A stretch of DNA of 64,000 bases from a bacterium (lineage in GTDB: Bacteria > Actinomycetota > Acidimicrobiia > Acidimicrobiales > CATQHL01), in contig JAPPDX010000134.1 of assembly GCA_028824415.1 (NCBI GenBank), forward strand, positions 13,175 to 77,174, written 5' to 3'. This document shows positions 41,883 to 51,208 of this stretch, piece by piece. Each line of letters starts with the position of its first letter. Position 1 is the first letter of the stretch. The notes under the pieces are model-generated. The model made no database searches and was not told where the DNA came from. It saw only the letters and a list, made by a program, of their open reading frames with translations. The position numbers were made by a program, and so were the translations under genes.

Positions 41883-41930
41883 TACACAAAAGAGCTCATA
41901 ACATAATTATATTTGATTCCGTTTTGTGTA
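41883..41930. promoter_or_regulatory. AT-rich island bounded by 9-bp inverted repeat, containing TATAAT on minus strand
   Basis: TACACAAAA-N30-TTTTGTGTA; ATTATA at 41906-41911; the most AT-rich stretch noticed in the window. Confidence 0.5.
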
Positions 41931-42579
41931 AGTCGAGATCTTAGCCGGCTATCGGGCAGCGCTGCGAGACCCAGCTGGCGACCCATGACAACCACGCGGC
42001 TCACCCGCCGCTCAGCCGTCTGTGGCAAAGGGCAGGTCAGCCGCCATCTCGGCGCAGGCGAGACTAATCCGGGCGGTGAGAACGAGCACGTGCCATCGCT
42101 GAAATCCGTGTACAGCTCGAGGGCAGGATCCCCATTGACACCGGCACGCCGATCGACCGCGACGGTGAATAGGTTGCCTGGTTCCTCGGCGACAGAGGTG
42201 CGCAGGCAGAGCCCGGTCGGATCGCTGCTCCTCACTGCCACGCCTGGCCAGACCCGGTATGGATCGTGGCTGTCGAGCGCCTTTCCGAAGTGCCCCGAGT
42301 GGCGTCGTCGTACTGCTCGATTCCGTTCCGCCAGGAAACGTCGACTGTTGATCCGACCTCAAGCGGCCGCATGGCATCGTGCCGGACGCTGCGTTGCCGC
42401 TGCAGTAGCGGCGACGGAGAACCGCGCTGCCGCTTCCCGGGCCCCTGCGGCGAACAGAGCCCAGCAGGCGCCGAGCCGCGGCCGGCCACCCGCAAGCATG
42501 GTCTGTGGAAAAACTCTCGTTGTGGGACCAAGAGTTACGCACAGCCTGGGGTTCTGCGATGTCACTCTGAGATCTATCG

Positions 42580-45441
42580 CTACGTCTGCGCCCGGCCGGC
42601 GGCGAGGCGGGACAGTTCCGGCCAAGAGTTGACGAGACTGTTGCAGGCCGCGGCCTCTGCGGACCTGTTGCGGCGCGTGCAGATCCGGAATAGCTGGTAG
42701 GCAAGGTCGCGGACCCCAGCCGCGGCACCGGCATCGATGCGGCTGAGTAGCGCCACCGCCTCCTGCTCGCCCCCGTCGCACAGATGGCGCAGGAGGTGCT
42801 GGGTGGCTTCCCAGACGCTGGGGCTCCCAGCGCGGATCCGATCCTGAACGGCGCGAAGTTCGCCGCGCTGGCAAAGGCGCACGCGGTCGCCCTCGGCAAC
42901 GACAACTCCGGCGGCGATCAGATCGGCCATCGAGACGTCGCGCGCCTCGGAGAGCCGCTCGGCGCAACCGAACGATCCCTCGGCGAAGCCGTGCTCGTCG
43001 AACCACGTGAGCGCCCAGCGGGTGATCCCGTCGAGTTCGGCCCCGGCACCGGTGAGCGTCTCGTCCAGCACTTCGTTGATCATCGCGAGGGCCTCGCGGA
43101 CCTCGATGGGGGAGCCGTCATCCGCCAGGACGCGCTCGAAGCGGGTGTAGACGGCCATCCCCGGACCGATGGCGGCCTGCGCGAGATCCAACGGGGCGAT
43201 GTTGGCCTGCTGCATCATCCGCACAGCGTCGGGCAGCTCGGCCCGCAGCGCTCTTCGAAGGTCATCCACGGTGACCACCGGCCGAACCGAGTCCGGTCCG
43301 TCCACAGGGCGACAAACCAGCAGAACCGAAGAGGCCAGCGACTTGGTGCCCTTCTTGACCCCCTCGGGTCGCTCGGTCCGCAGAGGCCAACTGGCGGTGA
43401 TGCAATAGCCCGCAGCGATGAGGCTCTCCAGCATCGCCTCCCACGCCGTGCCGGGAGACCTGCCTGACCCCACCATCGACCTGGTCTCGGTGTGCTGGTA
43501 GCCGTAGTACACGGTGAGCGGATATCGGCTGTCGTGCACAGCGCTCATGCGCTCGAATGCGAGGCGCAGCAGCTTCTCGAATCGCTCGTGTGCCGCCGCC
43601 CGGTCCCCGCCACTGCGGGCCGGGTTCGCCACGATCTGCTCGGCCACCGGCGCCAGCGCCGGACCCAGTGCCTGGGGCCACACGTTGCCGAGCGCGGCTC
43701 GCAACCACACCAGGAACAGGTTCGAGAGGGCGGCGTAGTCGAACATGTCGTAGTACGGCGGGTCGGTGCAGACCACACCCGCCACGCCGTCGAGAGCGCT
43801 GAGCATCGAGCCGCATCGCACATCCGCTCGACCGACGACCGCTCCTCCCAACGACCGATCGCCGGGCCGGCGCGCGCCGCGCGACACGACCGAGTCGGCA
43901 GGGGGAGAACCCGACCCGGGAAGGGACGCCATCGCCCGCACTACATACCCCAATCCGCCGGACCATGATCCGGTGGAATCCGAGAACGGATTCGCCTCGG
44001 CGAATTCGCCGTAGAAGCCGTAAGCCGGCCGGATGAAGGATTGCTCCACCGATCCGTTGGCCCGGTTGTGCGTCGTCATCGTCGTCGTGCGGTTCGCCAT
44101 GCGCGACAGCGCCAGAGCCAGGTAGGTGGTCACGGCCTCGGCATAGGCGCGGGCACCGCTCCCGCCCCCCTCGATGCCCACCCCGTCGTCGACAAGCCCC
44201 GCCGAGAGGGCATCCCGGTACACAACCGCAGTGATGTCGCCTATCACCTCGGCGAAGGTCGCCATCGTGCGCCGCTGGCGAGGCGACAGCACATCGGCGA
44301 AGGTGCGCAGCCCGAACGCGGTGACGTTGCCGCACGCCTCCGGCAGCTCGCGGCCCAGCGCCGCCTCGACCGCCTCGGGCAACCCGGCTGCCGCACCGGT
44401 CAGGCCCGCCCTCTCCGCAGCCTCGTCGGGGGTCGACCAGACGCGGCCCGATCGGGGACGGCGCGGATCGGCCAGCCGCTGCACGGCCACGAGCCGCAGC
44501 CCGAACCCCGCCTCGCGACCGTGGCGGCGCACCACGCCGGCATCGTTCACAGCGCCGCAGTACAGGCAGCGGTAGTTGGCGCCCCGACCGACCTTGAGGT
44601 CCGCCAGATCGTCCGGCGGCGGCCCCCGCTCGGCGGTGAACCCGAAGCGGTCGCGCTCCACAACGGGGCGCGCGTGCCAGCGGTTGGTCGGCTTCTTCGA
44701 GAGCCACCACGTGGACAGCAGCGGCGTGGTGCGCCCGCAGGCGGGATCGGCGCACGTGATGGTCCGTGTCCACAGGTAGGAGATCGCCACGCCGTGGTCG
44801 CCCGGCCGCATCCGGTCCGATGGCGCGGGGAACGCTCCCCCGAGGCGCCGCCTGCACTCGTCCTCCACGGCCTGGCCGTAATGGGCGACGTCGGCGGCGA
44901 TCCCCACTGTGCCGGTTCCGCCGGAGCAGCCGGAACCGATGGCAGGCTGCCCCGTGAACCGCTGCGCGACCGACAGAGTGGCCGAACTAACCAGCGCCGC
45001 CACGGGGTTCAGATCAATGGCGAGCGTGTCCAACCCCAGCCGGATCGCCTCGGCGGAAATCGCCCCGCCTCCACAGAACGGGTCGATGATCCGCGGCGGC
45101 GTCCCGCCGGTCGATGCCGCGATGCTGCGCTGCGCTTCAGCCAGCAGGCTCGGATCATTGCTCCGATCCCAGCGGCAGAGATCCTCGATCAGGTCCAACA
45201 GGCGGCGACGCTCTTCCTGCTGGGCCGCCTCGGTGGGATACAGGTCGGGGCGTGCCGAGGGATCGTCGACGAGTGAGGCGAACAGGGCGGCGCGCGTCAC
45301 TCCCAGCGGCTTGCGAGACCACCACAGGTGCATCGTGGCCGGATGGCCTTTCTTGGGTACCGCCTTCTCGGCTCGTCCGGCGGCGTTCACCGCCTCCAGC
45401 GGCAAGGCCACCTCGATCAGCTTGCGCTGCGAGGGCTCCAC
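42580..45441 (-). CDS. DUF1156-domain adenine DNA methyltransferase
   Basis: RKLIEVALPLEAVN, HPATMHLWWSRKP, DPFCGGG (motif I), TDPPYYD (motif IV), WEAMLESL, SWPLRTE, LASSVLLVCR; GTG start at 45441. Confidence 0.92.
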   Translation of the reverse strand: MEPSQRKLIEVALPLEAVNAAGRAEKAVPKKGHPATMHLWWSRKPLGVTRAALFASLVDDPSARPDLYPTEAAQQEERRRLLDLIEDLCRWDRSNDPSLLAEAQRSIAASTGGTPPRIIDPFCGGGAISAEAIRLGLDTLAIDLNPVAALVSSATLSVAQRFTGQPAIGSGCSGGTGTVGIAADVAHYGQAVEDECRRRLGGAFPAPSDRMRPGDHGVAISYLWTRTITCADPACGRTTPLLSTWWLSKKPTNRWHARPVVERDRFGFTAERGPPPDDLADLKVGRGANYRCLYCGAVNDAGVVRRHGREAGFGLRLVAVQRLADPRRPRSGRVWSTPDEAAERAGLTGAAAGLPEAVEAALGRELPEACGNVTAFGLRTFADVLSPRQRRTMATFAEVIGDITAVVYRDALSAGLVDDGVGIEGGGSGARAYAEAVTTYLALALSRMANRTTTMTTHNRANGSVEQSFIRPAYGFYGEFAEANPFSDSTGSWSGGLGYVVRAMASLPGSGSPPADSVVSRGARRPGDRSLGGAVVGRADVRCGSMLSALDGVAGVVCTDPPYYDMFDYAALSNLFLVWLRAALGNVWPQALGPALAPVAEQIVANPARSGGDRAAAHERFEKLLRLAFERMSAVHDSRYPLTVYYGYQHTETRSMVGSGRSPGTAWEAMLESLIAAGYCITASWPLRTERPEGVKKGTKSLASSVLLVCRPVDGPDSVRPVVTVDDLRRALRAELPDAVRMMQQANIAPLDLAQAAIGPGMAVYTRFERVLADDGSPIEVREALAMINEVLDETLTGAGAELDGITRWALTWFDEHGFAEGSFGCAERLSEARDVSMADLIAAGVVVAEGDRVRLCQRGELRAVQDRIRAGSPSVWEATQHLLRHLCDGGEQEAVALLSRIDAGAAAGVRDLAYQLFRICTRRNRSAEAAACNSLVNSWPELSRLAAGRAQT

Positions 45442-45598
45442 GGGCGCAGGTTTACACCCGGCGGCGCACCGAGGGATCGATACCGAGGGACATCGGCCGC
45501 GAGGTTCCCGAATGTCCGGCATTCGACTCCGGCAGCCCGCCCGGCGTAGAGGGGTACCATCGGCGGACCGCTCGGAAACCGCGACAGGAGTTGGCGCC

Positions 45599-45871
45599 AT
45601 GACCTCTGTGCTGGATCAACCGCTCGGCGTCGCGCCGCAGGTGTCGGTGCGGCCGGAGCGTTTCGGTGCCCTGCTGTACCACTTCGGCACCCGGCGCCTG
45701 TCGTTCCTGAAGGATCGGCGCCTCCTCGATGTCGTCGAGCGACTCGACGGCTCGCCCTCGGCGCGGGAGGCCTGCAGCGCGGCGGGCGTCAGCGAGACGG
45801 CGCTCCCCGCCTTCGAGCGGGCGCTCGCACGGCTGGTTGAGACCGACATGCTCCGGGAGCGCCGGCCGTGA
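45599..45871 (+). CDS. mftB: Mycofactocin biosynthesis chaperone MftB
   Basis: VSVRPERFGALLYHFGTRRLSFLK; RBS ACAGGAG; GTGA overlap with mftC. Confidence 0.95.
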   Translation: MTSVLDQPLGVAPQVSVRPERFGALLYHFGTRRLSFLKDRRLLDVVERLDGSPSAREACSAAGVSETALPAFERALARLVETDMLRERRP

Positions 45872-47046
45872 GTGTGGCGCTGCCCCTCGTCGAGCACTTC
45901 GCCGCCGGGCTGGACGCCCCGATCTGCCTCACCTGGGAGTTGACCTACGCCTGCAACCTGGACTGCCGGCACTGCCTGTCGAGTTCGGGGCGGCGCGATC
46001 CTCGCGAGCTGTCCACCGCCGAGGCCAAGGGGGTCATCGACGAACTCGAGGCGATGCAGGTTTTCTACGTGAACATCGGCGGGGGTGAGCCGACGATCCG
46101 GCGGGACTTCTGGGAGATCGTGGACTACGCCGTCGCCCATCACGTCGGCGTCAAGTTCTCCACCAACGGCTCGCGTATCACGCCCGAGGTCGCCGGTCGC
46201 ATCGCCGGAAGCGACTATCTGGACGTCCAGGTCTCCCTCGACGGCGCCACCGCCGAGATAAACGACGCCGTGCGCGGCCAGGGCTCCTTCGCGACCGCCG
46301 TGGGCGCTCTTGAGAACCTGGCCACCGCGGGCGTGCGGGACTTCAAGCTGTCGGTGGTGTGCACCCGCCACAACCTGCCCCAACTCGACGACCTCAAGGC
46401 GCTCGCCGACCGCTACGGCGCCCAGCTGCGGCTCACGCGGCTGCGTCCGTCGGGGCGTGGCGCGGTGGTCTGGAACGAGCTTCACCCAACCGCCGAGCAG
46501 CAGCAGGTGCTCTACCGGTGGCTGCTTGCCCACGGCGAGGAGGTCCTCACCGGCGACTCTTTCTTCCACCTCGCCGGCTTCGGCGAACCGCTCCCCGGCC
46601 TCAACCTCTGCGGTGCCGGAAGGGTCGTGTGCCTCATCGATCCTGTCGGTGACGTCTACGCCTGCCCGTTCGCGATCCATGACGCCTTCCTGGCCGGCAA
46701 CGTGCGCGACCCCGGCGGCTTCGGACACCTCTGGCGCCACTCGGAGTTGTTCCGCTCGCTGCGCGAACCCGAGGCGGCCGGCGCCTGCGGTTCGTGCTCG
46801 GCCTATGACAGCTGCCGCGGCGGCTGCATGGCGGCGAAGTTCTTCACCGGCCTCCCACTCGCCGGACCCGACCCCGAATGCGTCAAGGGCCACGGCGCTG
46901 CAGCGCTGGCAGCCGTGACGCCGGGCTCGCAGCCGCGACCCTCCCCCGACCATTCCCGGGTGGCATTCCTGGGACGCCGGGTTGACCGTGCCTGCGACGA
47001 GCACCCCCTGGCCGGGACCGAGTTGGCCACGACCGCGAGCGCCTGA
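45868..47046 (+). CDS. mftC: Mycofactocin radical SAM maturase MftC
   Basis: LDAPICLTWELTYACNLDCRHC, YVNIGGGEPT, SPASM cysteines CGAGRVVC...CGSC..YDSCRGGCMAAKFFTG. Confidence 0.96.
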   Translation: MSVALPLVEHFAAGLDAPICLTWELTYACNLDCRHCLSSSGRRDPRELSTAEAKGVIDELEAMQVFYVNIGGGEPTIRRDFWEIVDYAVAHHVGVKFSTNGSRITPEVAGRIAGSDYLDVQVSLDGATAEINDAVRGQGSFATAVGALENLATAGVRDFKLSVVCTRHNLPQLDDLKALADRYGAQLRLTRLRPSGRGAVVWNELHPTAEQQQVLYRWLLAHGEEVLTGDSFFHLAGFGEPLPGLNLCGAGRVVCLIDPVGDVYACPFAIHDAFLAGNVRDPGGFGHLWRHSELFRSLREPEAAGACGSCSAYDSCRGGCMAAKFFTGLPLAGPDPECVKGHGAAALAAVTPGSQPRPSPDHSRVAFLGRRVDRACDEHPLAGTELATTASA

Positions 47047-48224
47047 TGGCCGGCAGCTGGTTCGAGTCGGTCGCGGTGGCCCGCCGGCGCGCCGAGCGGG
47101 TCCTGCCACCCTCGGTCGCCGCGGCGCTGCACGCGGGCGCCGAGGCAGGTCTCACGCTTAGGGACAACGAGGCCGCGTTCGACGAGTTGGGGTTCGCCCC
47201 CACAGTCGCCGGCAAGTCCGGCGAGCGCGACCTGTCCACCAGCGTGATGGGCCAGCAGGTGTCCCTGCCGGTGCTGATCTCCCCCACGGGCGTGCAGGCC
47301 GTCCATCCCGGCGCCGAGGTGGCCGTCGCCGGTGCCGCCGCCGCCCGAGGAACAGTCATGTGCCTCAGCGCCTTCGGAAGCAAGCCCATCGAGGAGGTCG
47401 TCGCCGCCAATCCCCGGACGATGTTCCAGATCTACTGGTGCGGCTCCCGGGACCGGATCGTGCGGCGCCTCGAGCGCGCCGAGGCCGCCGGCGCCGTCGG
47501 GCTGATCGTCACGCTGGACTGGTCCTTCGTGCACAGCCGCGACTGGGGCAGCCCGTTCATTCCCCAGCGCATCGACCTGGAGGCGATGCGACGGCTCGCC
47601 CCTGAGGTGCTCGGTCGACCCCGCTGGCTCGGCCGCTGGTTGCGCGGCCGGCAGCTGCCGGACCTGGTGGTTCCGAACATGGCGATCCCCGGGGAGCGAC
47701 CGCCGGGATTCTTCGAGGCCTACGGCGAGTGGATGCAGACCCCGCCACCCACCTGGGACGACCTGGCGTGGCTGCGCCAGCAGTGGGACGGCCCGTTCAT
47801 GATCAAGGGCATCATGCGCGTCGACGACGCCAAGCGAGCCGTGGACGTCGGCGCCACGGCGATCTCCGTCTCGAACCACGGCGGGAACAACCTGGACACC
47901 ACACCGGCGACCATCCGCGTACTCCAGCCGATCGCCGCCGCCGTGGGAGGTGAAATCGAAGTCCTGCTCGACGGAGGCATCCGCCGGGGCGCCGACGTCG
48001 TCAAGGCGGTGGCCCTGGGCGCCCGGGCGACCCTCATCGGCCGGGCCTACCTGTGGGGACTGGCCGCCAACGGGCAGGCCGGGGTGGAGAACACCCTCGA
48101 CGTGCTCCGAGCCGGCATCGACTCGGCGCTGCTGGGGCTCGGCCGCGGCTCGCTCACCGAACTGTCCCCCGGCGACGTCCTGGTGCCACCTGGTTTCGAG
48201 GTCACCGCCGGCGCCGCGGAGTGA
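47046..48224 (+). CDS. mftD: Pre-mycofactocin synthase MftD (FMN alpha-hydroxy acid dehydrogenase family)
   Basis: WFESVAVARRRA, ISPTGVQAVHP, SRDWGSP, SNHGGNNLD, DGGIRRG. Confidence 0.95.
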   Translation: MAGSWFESVAVARRRAERVLPPSVAAALHAGAEAGLTLRDNEAAFDELGFAPTVAGKSGERDLSTSVMGQQVSLPVLISPTGVQAVHPGAEVAVAGAAAARGTVMCLSAFGSKPIEEVVAANPRTMFQIYWCGSRDRIVRRLERAEAAGAVGLIVTLDWSFVHSRDWGSPFIPQRIDLEAMRRLAPEVLGRPRWLGRWLRGRQLPDLVVPNMAIPGERPPGFFEAYGEWMQTPPPTWDDLAWLRQQWDGPFMIKGIMRVDDAKRAVDVGATAISVSNHGGNNLDTTPATIRVLQPIAAAVGGEIEVLLDGGIRRGADVVKAVALGARATLIGRAYLWGLAANGQAGVENTLDVLRAGIDSALLGLGRGSLTELSPGDVLVPPGFEVTAGAAE

Positions 48225-48264
48225 ATCGCTCCACGTTCCCGACCCCCGGCCGTCGCCACCTGGC

Positions 48265-49731
48265 GTGACAATCCTCGCCGTTCTGGGTGCCACCGGCTAC
48301 GTCGGCGGGCGGCTCGTGCCGGCGTTGCTGGAGGCCGGCCATGAAGTGCGCTGCATCGTGCGCAGGCCCGAGCGAATCGCCGGCTTCGGCTGGCGGGAGC
48401 GTGTCGAGGTGGTGCGGGGCGACGTGGGGGACCGAGGCTCCCTCGAGGCGGGTTTCGACGGGGTCGACGCGGTCTACTACCTGGTGCACGCCATGGGTCA
48501 CAGCGACCGCTTCGCCGAGACCGACCGAACGGGCGCGACCAACGCCGCCGCGGCCGCCCAGGACGCCGGCGTGCGGCGGATCGTGTACCTCGGCGGGCTG
48601 GGCGTCGATGATCCCGCCGCTCTTTCCCCTCACCTGGCGAGCCGCCACGAGGTCGGGCGCCTGCTGGCCGCCGGGGCGGTGCCGGTCACCGAGTTGCGGG
48701 CGGCGGTCATCATCGGCTCGGGCAGCGCCTCCTTCGAGATGCTGCGCCACCTCGTGGACGTGCTGCCGGTGATGACGTGCCCTCGCTGGGTGACACGAAC
48801 CCGCTGCCAGCCGATCGCCATCGCCGATGTGCTGCACTACCTGGTCGCCGCCCCACAGGTCGAGGCGCTGGCGGGGCGCACCGTCGAGATCGGCGGTGGG
48901 GACGTGGTCACCTACAGGGACATGATGGACCGCTACGCCGTCGCCGCCGGGCTGCGTCCCCGGGTCATCATCCCCGTGCCGGTGTTGACACCGCGGCTGT
49001 CCTCTCACTGGGTGAGGCTTGTCACCCCACTGCCCTACGGTCTCGCTCGCCCGCTCGTGGACAGCCTCGTCAACGACGTCGTCGTGAGCCCCGAACGGGA
49101 CATCCGGAAATTCGTGGAGCACGAACCTCAGGACTTGGAGGAGGCGCTGACCCGGGCTCTTCAGCGGGTCCAGGACCTCGACGTGCAAACGAGTTGGACG
49201 GGCAGCGCACCCGACCGGACCGTCGCGGGCCCCATGCCCCAGGATCCCGCCTGGGCGGGTGGCACGGTGCTGGCCGACGAGCGGGTGCTCTCCACGGAGG
49301 CGTCGGCGGAGGCTCTGTTCGCCACCGTGGCAGGGGTGGGCGGTGACCGCGGCTGGTACGTGGCCCAGCCCCTCTGGGAGCTGCGCGGCGCGTTGGACGC
49401 CCTGGCCGGAGGGGTCGGGATGCGCAGAGGCCGCCGCCACCCCGACGAGCTCCGGGTCGGTGACGCCCTGGACTACTTCCGCGTCGAAACGCTTGAGGCG
49501 CCACACCTGCTGCGGCTGCGCGCCGAGATGCGACTGCCGGGCGTGGCCTTCCTGGAGTGGCACATCACCGAGGGGAACGGACGGCGGACGCTCCGCCAGT
49601 TGGCCCGGATGTATCCCCGCGGCGTGCTCGGCCGCCTGTACTGGTGGGGGCTGTTCCCGGTCCACTCGCTGATCTTCCGGCTGCTGGCGAAGCGGCTCGT
49701 GCACGCCGCCGAGACCCGCCGGGGGGCGTAG
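48265..49731 (+). CDS. NAD(P)-binding SDR/epimerase fused to DUF2867 (YbjT-like)
   Basis: LGATGYVGGRL, YYLVH, HLASRHEV, GSGSASFEM; C-terminal LRLRAEMRLPG, RLYWW. Confidence 0.9.
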   Translation: MTILAVLGATGYVGGRLVPALLEAGHEVRCIVRRPERIAGFGWRERVEVVRGDVGDRGSLEAGFDGVDAVYYLVHAMGHSDRFAETDRTGATNAAAAAQDAGVRRIVYLGGLGVDDPAALSPHLASRHEVGRLLAAGAVPVTELRAAVIIGSGSASFEMLRHLVDVLPVMTCPRWVTRTRCQPIAIADVLHYLVAAPQVEALAGRTVEIGGGDVVTYRDMMDRYAVAAGLRPRVIIPVPVLTPRLSSHWVRLVTPLPYGLARPLVDSLVNDVVVSPERDIRKFVEHEPQDLEEALTRALQRVQDLDVQTSWTGSAPDRTVAGPMPQDPAWAGGTVLADERVLSTEASAEALFATVAGVGGDRGWYVAQPLWELRGALDALAGGVGMRRGRRHPDELRVGDALDYFRVETLEAPHLLRLRAEMRLPGVAFLEWHITEGNGRRTLRQLARMYPRGVLGRLYWWGLFPVHSLIFRLLAKRLVHAAETRRGA

Positions 49732-49747
49732 GCCCCGGCACCTTCTC

Positions 49748-50725
49748 TCAGCGCCGGGCGGCCTCGAGGCGGGCGCGCATCCGCTCGTGCGCCTCGGGCG
49801 AGCCGTCGTGCCAGGTGCCCATCCAGGCGTCGATGGGGATCACCTGCAGGCCGTAGTTGCACTCGAAGTACTTGTGGTGGAGGTCGTGGTAGTAGGTGCC
49901 CGCGGGCATCGTGCGCCCGTAGCCGATCTCGAAGCGGTCGAAGCCGCAGTGTCCCCGCGCCGGGTCCATGGCGGTGAAAAGGTTCGTGAGGATGACGACG
50001 AACGGGCTCACCGGGATCACCATGAAGAACAGCACCGTGGAGAAGTAGAGCAGGTGCTCGATGGGATGCATGGAGAGTCCCGACCATGGTCCGGTGTTGA
50101 CGTTCTTGTGGTGCAGGTAGTGAGCCCACCGATAGAGCGGTTTGGTGTGCAGCAGCCGGTGAGTCACATAGAACCAGGCCGTGACCAGGAAGAACGGAAC
50201 GACGGTCATCGCGAGCAGGTAGACCACCCAAGCCGGCCCGTCGCCCCAGTCCACCCGCGGGATGTGCTCGTTGGCGTAGGCCCACAGCAGCAGTGACTCG
50301 TAGGCGGTCCAGAAGAAGGCGCCGCTGCTGAGCGCCCAGAACATGTTGTCCCGGGTCTGGCTGCGCCAGAGGAAGCGGCGGCTCTTGTTGTTCAGCCACC
50401 GGGAGTCGTACTTGTAGCTCTTGCCCTGCGCCCGCCGGACGTAGAGCCACAGGTGCAGGCCTCCCGCAGAGACCAGCAGCAGCACGACGTTGCGCAGATA
50501 GATCTCGGCGATCCAGCCCACCGCGAACCGCTCCATGCGCTCCATGGCGGGGGTGAAGACGTTCCACACCAGGGCCGCCAGACCGGCGTAGATGAAGCCG
50601 TAGGGCCACATCGTCATCCAGACGAGTTCCCAGATGGTGCGCAGGGCTTTCCCCGGCCCGCCCCGCAGCGTGGGCGGCCGCATCGGGATGGCTTCTGCCG
50701 GCTCGTATCCCGCGATCCGCTCCAT
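49748..50725 (-). CDS. Sterol desaturase / fatty acid hydroxylase family
   Basis: His boxes HRLLH, HYLHH, HDLHH; NYG. Confidence 0.88.
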   Translation of the reverse strand: MERIAGYEPAEAIPMRPPTLRGGPGKALRTIWELVWMTMWPYGFIYAGLAALVWNVFTPAMERMERFAVGWIAEIYLRNVVLLLVSAGGLHLWLYVRRAQGKSYKYDSRWLNNKSRRFLWRSQTRDNMFWALSSGAFFWTAYESLLLWAYANEHIPRVDWGDGPAWVVYLLAMTVVPFFLVTAWFYVTHRLLHTKPLYRWAHYLHHKNVNTGPWSGLSMHPIEHLLYFSTVLFFMVIPVSPFVVILTNLFTAMDPARGHCGFDRFEIGYGRTMPAGTYYHDLHHKYFECNYGLQVIPIDAWMGTWHDGSPEAHERMRARLEAARR

Positions 50726-50847
50726 GGCCAACGTCCCCCTCAGCCGATCCGCGGCATTCCGATCGTACCAGCCACCCCTCACCCGCCTGAATTGTGCCAA
50801 CGTATGTCCCCCGCGACGGCCCACTGCGCCGAAGGAGGATCGCAACG

Positions 50848-51195
50848 ATGACGACCATCAAGTCGCTGCTGGACAACGTGTGCGCCGGAGGGGTCCTGAC
50901 CGTCGCGGACCTGGCCCAGGTCACCAGGACCAGCCGGCGCACGGTGCTTCGATGGCGCTACCGGAGCGACACCGTCCGCAAAGACGTGGAGAAGCGGCTC
51001 CTCGAACTTCGCGCCGTCGTGGATCTCGCCCGCCAGGCGATGCCCGACCGCCGGGCGCGCACCTGGTTGCGGTCGCCTCAGCCCGAACTCGAGGGCCAGC
51101 GACCGCTCGACGCCGTCTCCGACGGTTCGGCCTACCTGGTGATCGAACTGCTGGGGGCTCTCGTCGAGGCTGCGGTGGAGGCCGCCATCGAGTGA
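50848..51195 (+). CDS. Xre/MbcA/ParS (DUF2384)-like antitoxin with N-terminal HTH
   Basis: VADLAQVTRTSRRTVLRW HTH; ARTWLRSPQPELEGQRPLD; RBS GGAGG. Confidence 0.75.
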   Translation: MTTIKSLLDNVCAGGVLTVADLAQVTRTSRRTVLRWRYRSDTVRKDVEKRLLELRAVVDLARQAMPDRRARTWLRSPQPELEGQRPLDAVSDGSAYLVIELLGALVEAAVEAAIE

Positions 51196-51208
51196 CGCGG
51201 CGACCGGG

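Noticed and set aside
41891-41917. Possible dif site (AGAGCTCATAA-CATAA-TTATATTTGAT)
   Set aside because: Each arm matches E. coli dif at 8/11 but the spacer is 5 bp rather than 6; the alternative register has a poor XerC arm.
42580-45441. Complete BREX/DISARM/restriction system
   Set aside because: No PglZ, ATPase, helicase or nuclease partner in the window.
45500-45545. MftR operator
   Set aside because: No GGCA-N5-TGCC palindrome seen, and no TetR gene adjacent.
45511-45598. Short ORFs upstream of mftB as mftA
   Set aside because: No frame encodes the IDGxCGVY terminus; the ATG at about 45512 is just an in-frame extension of mftB.
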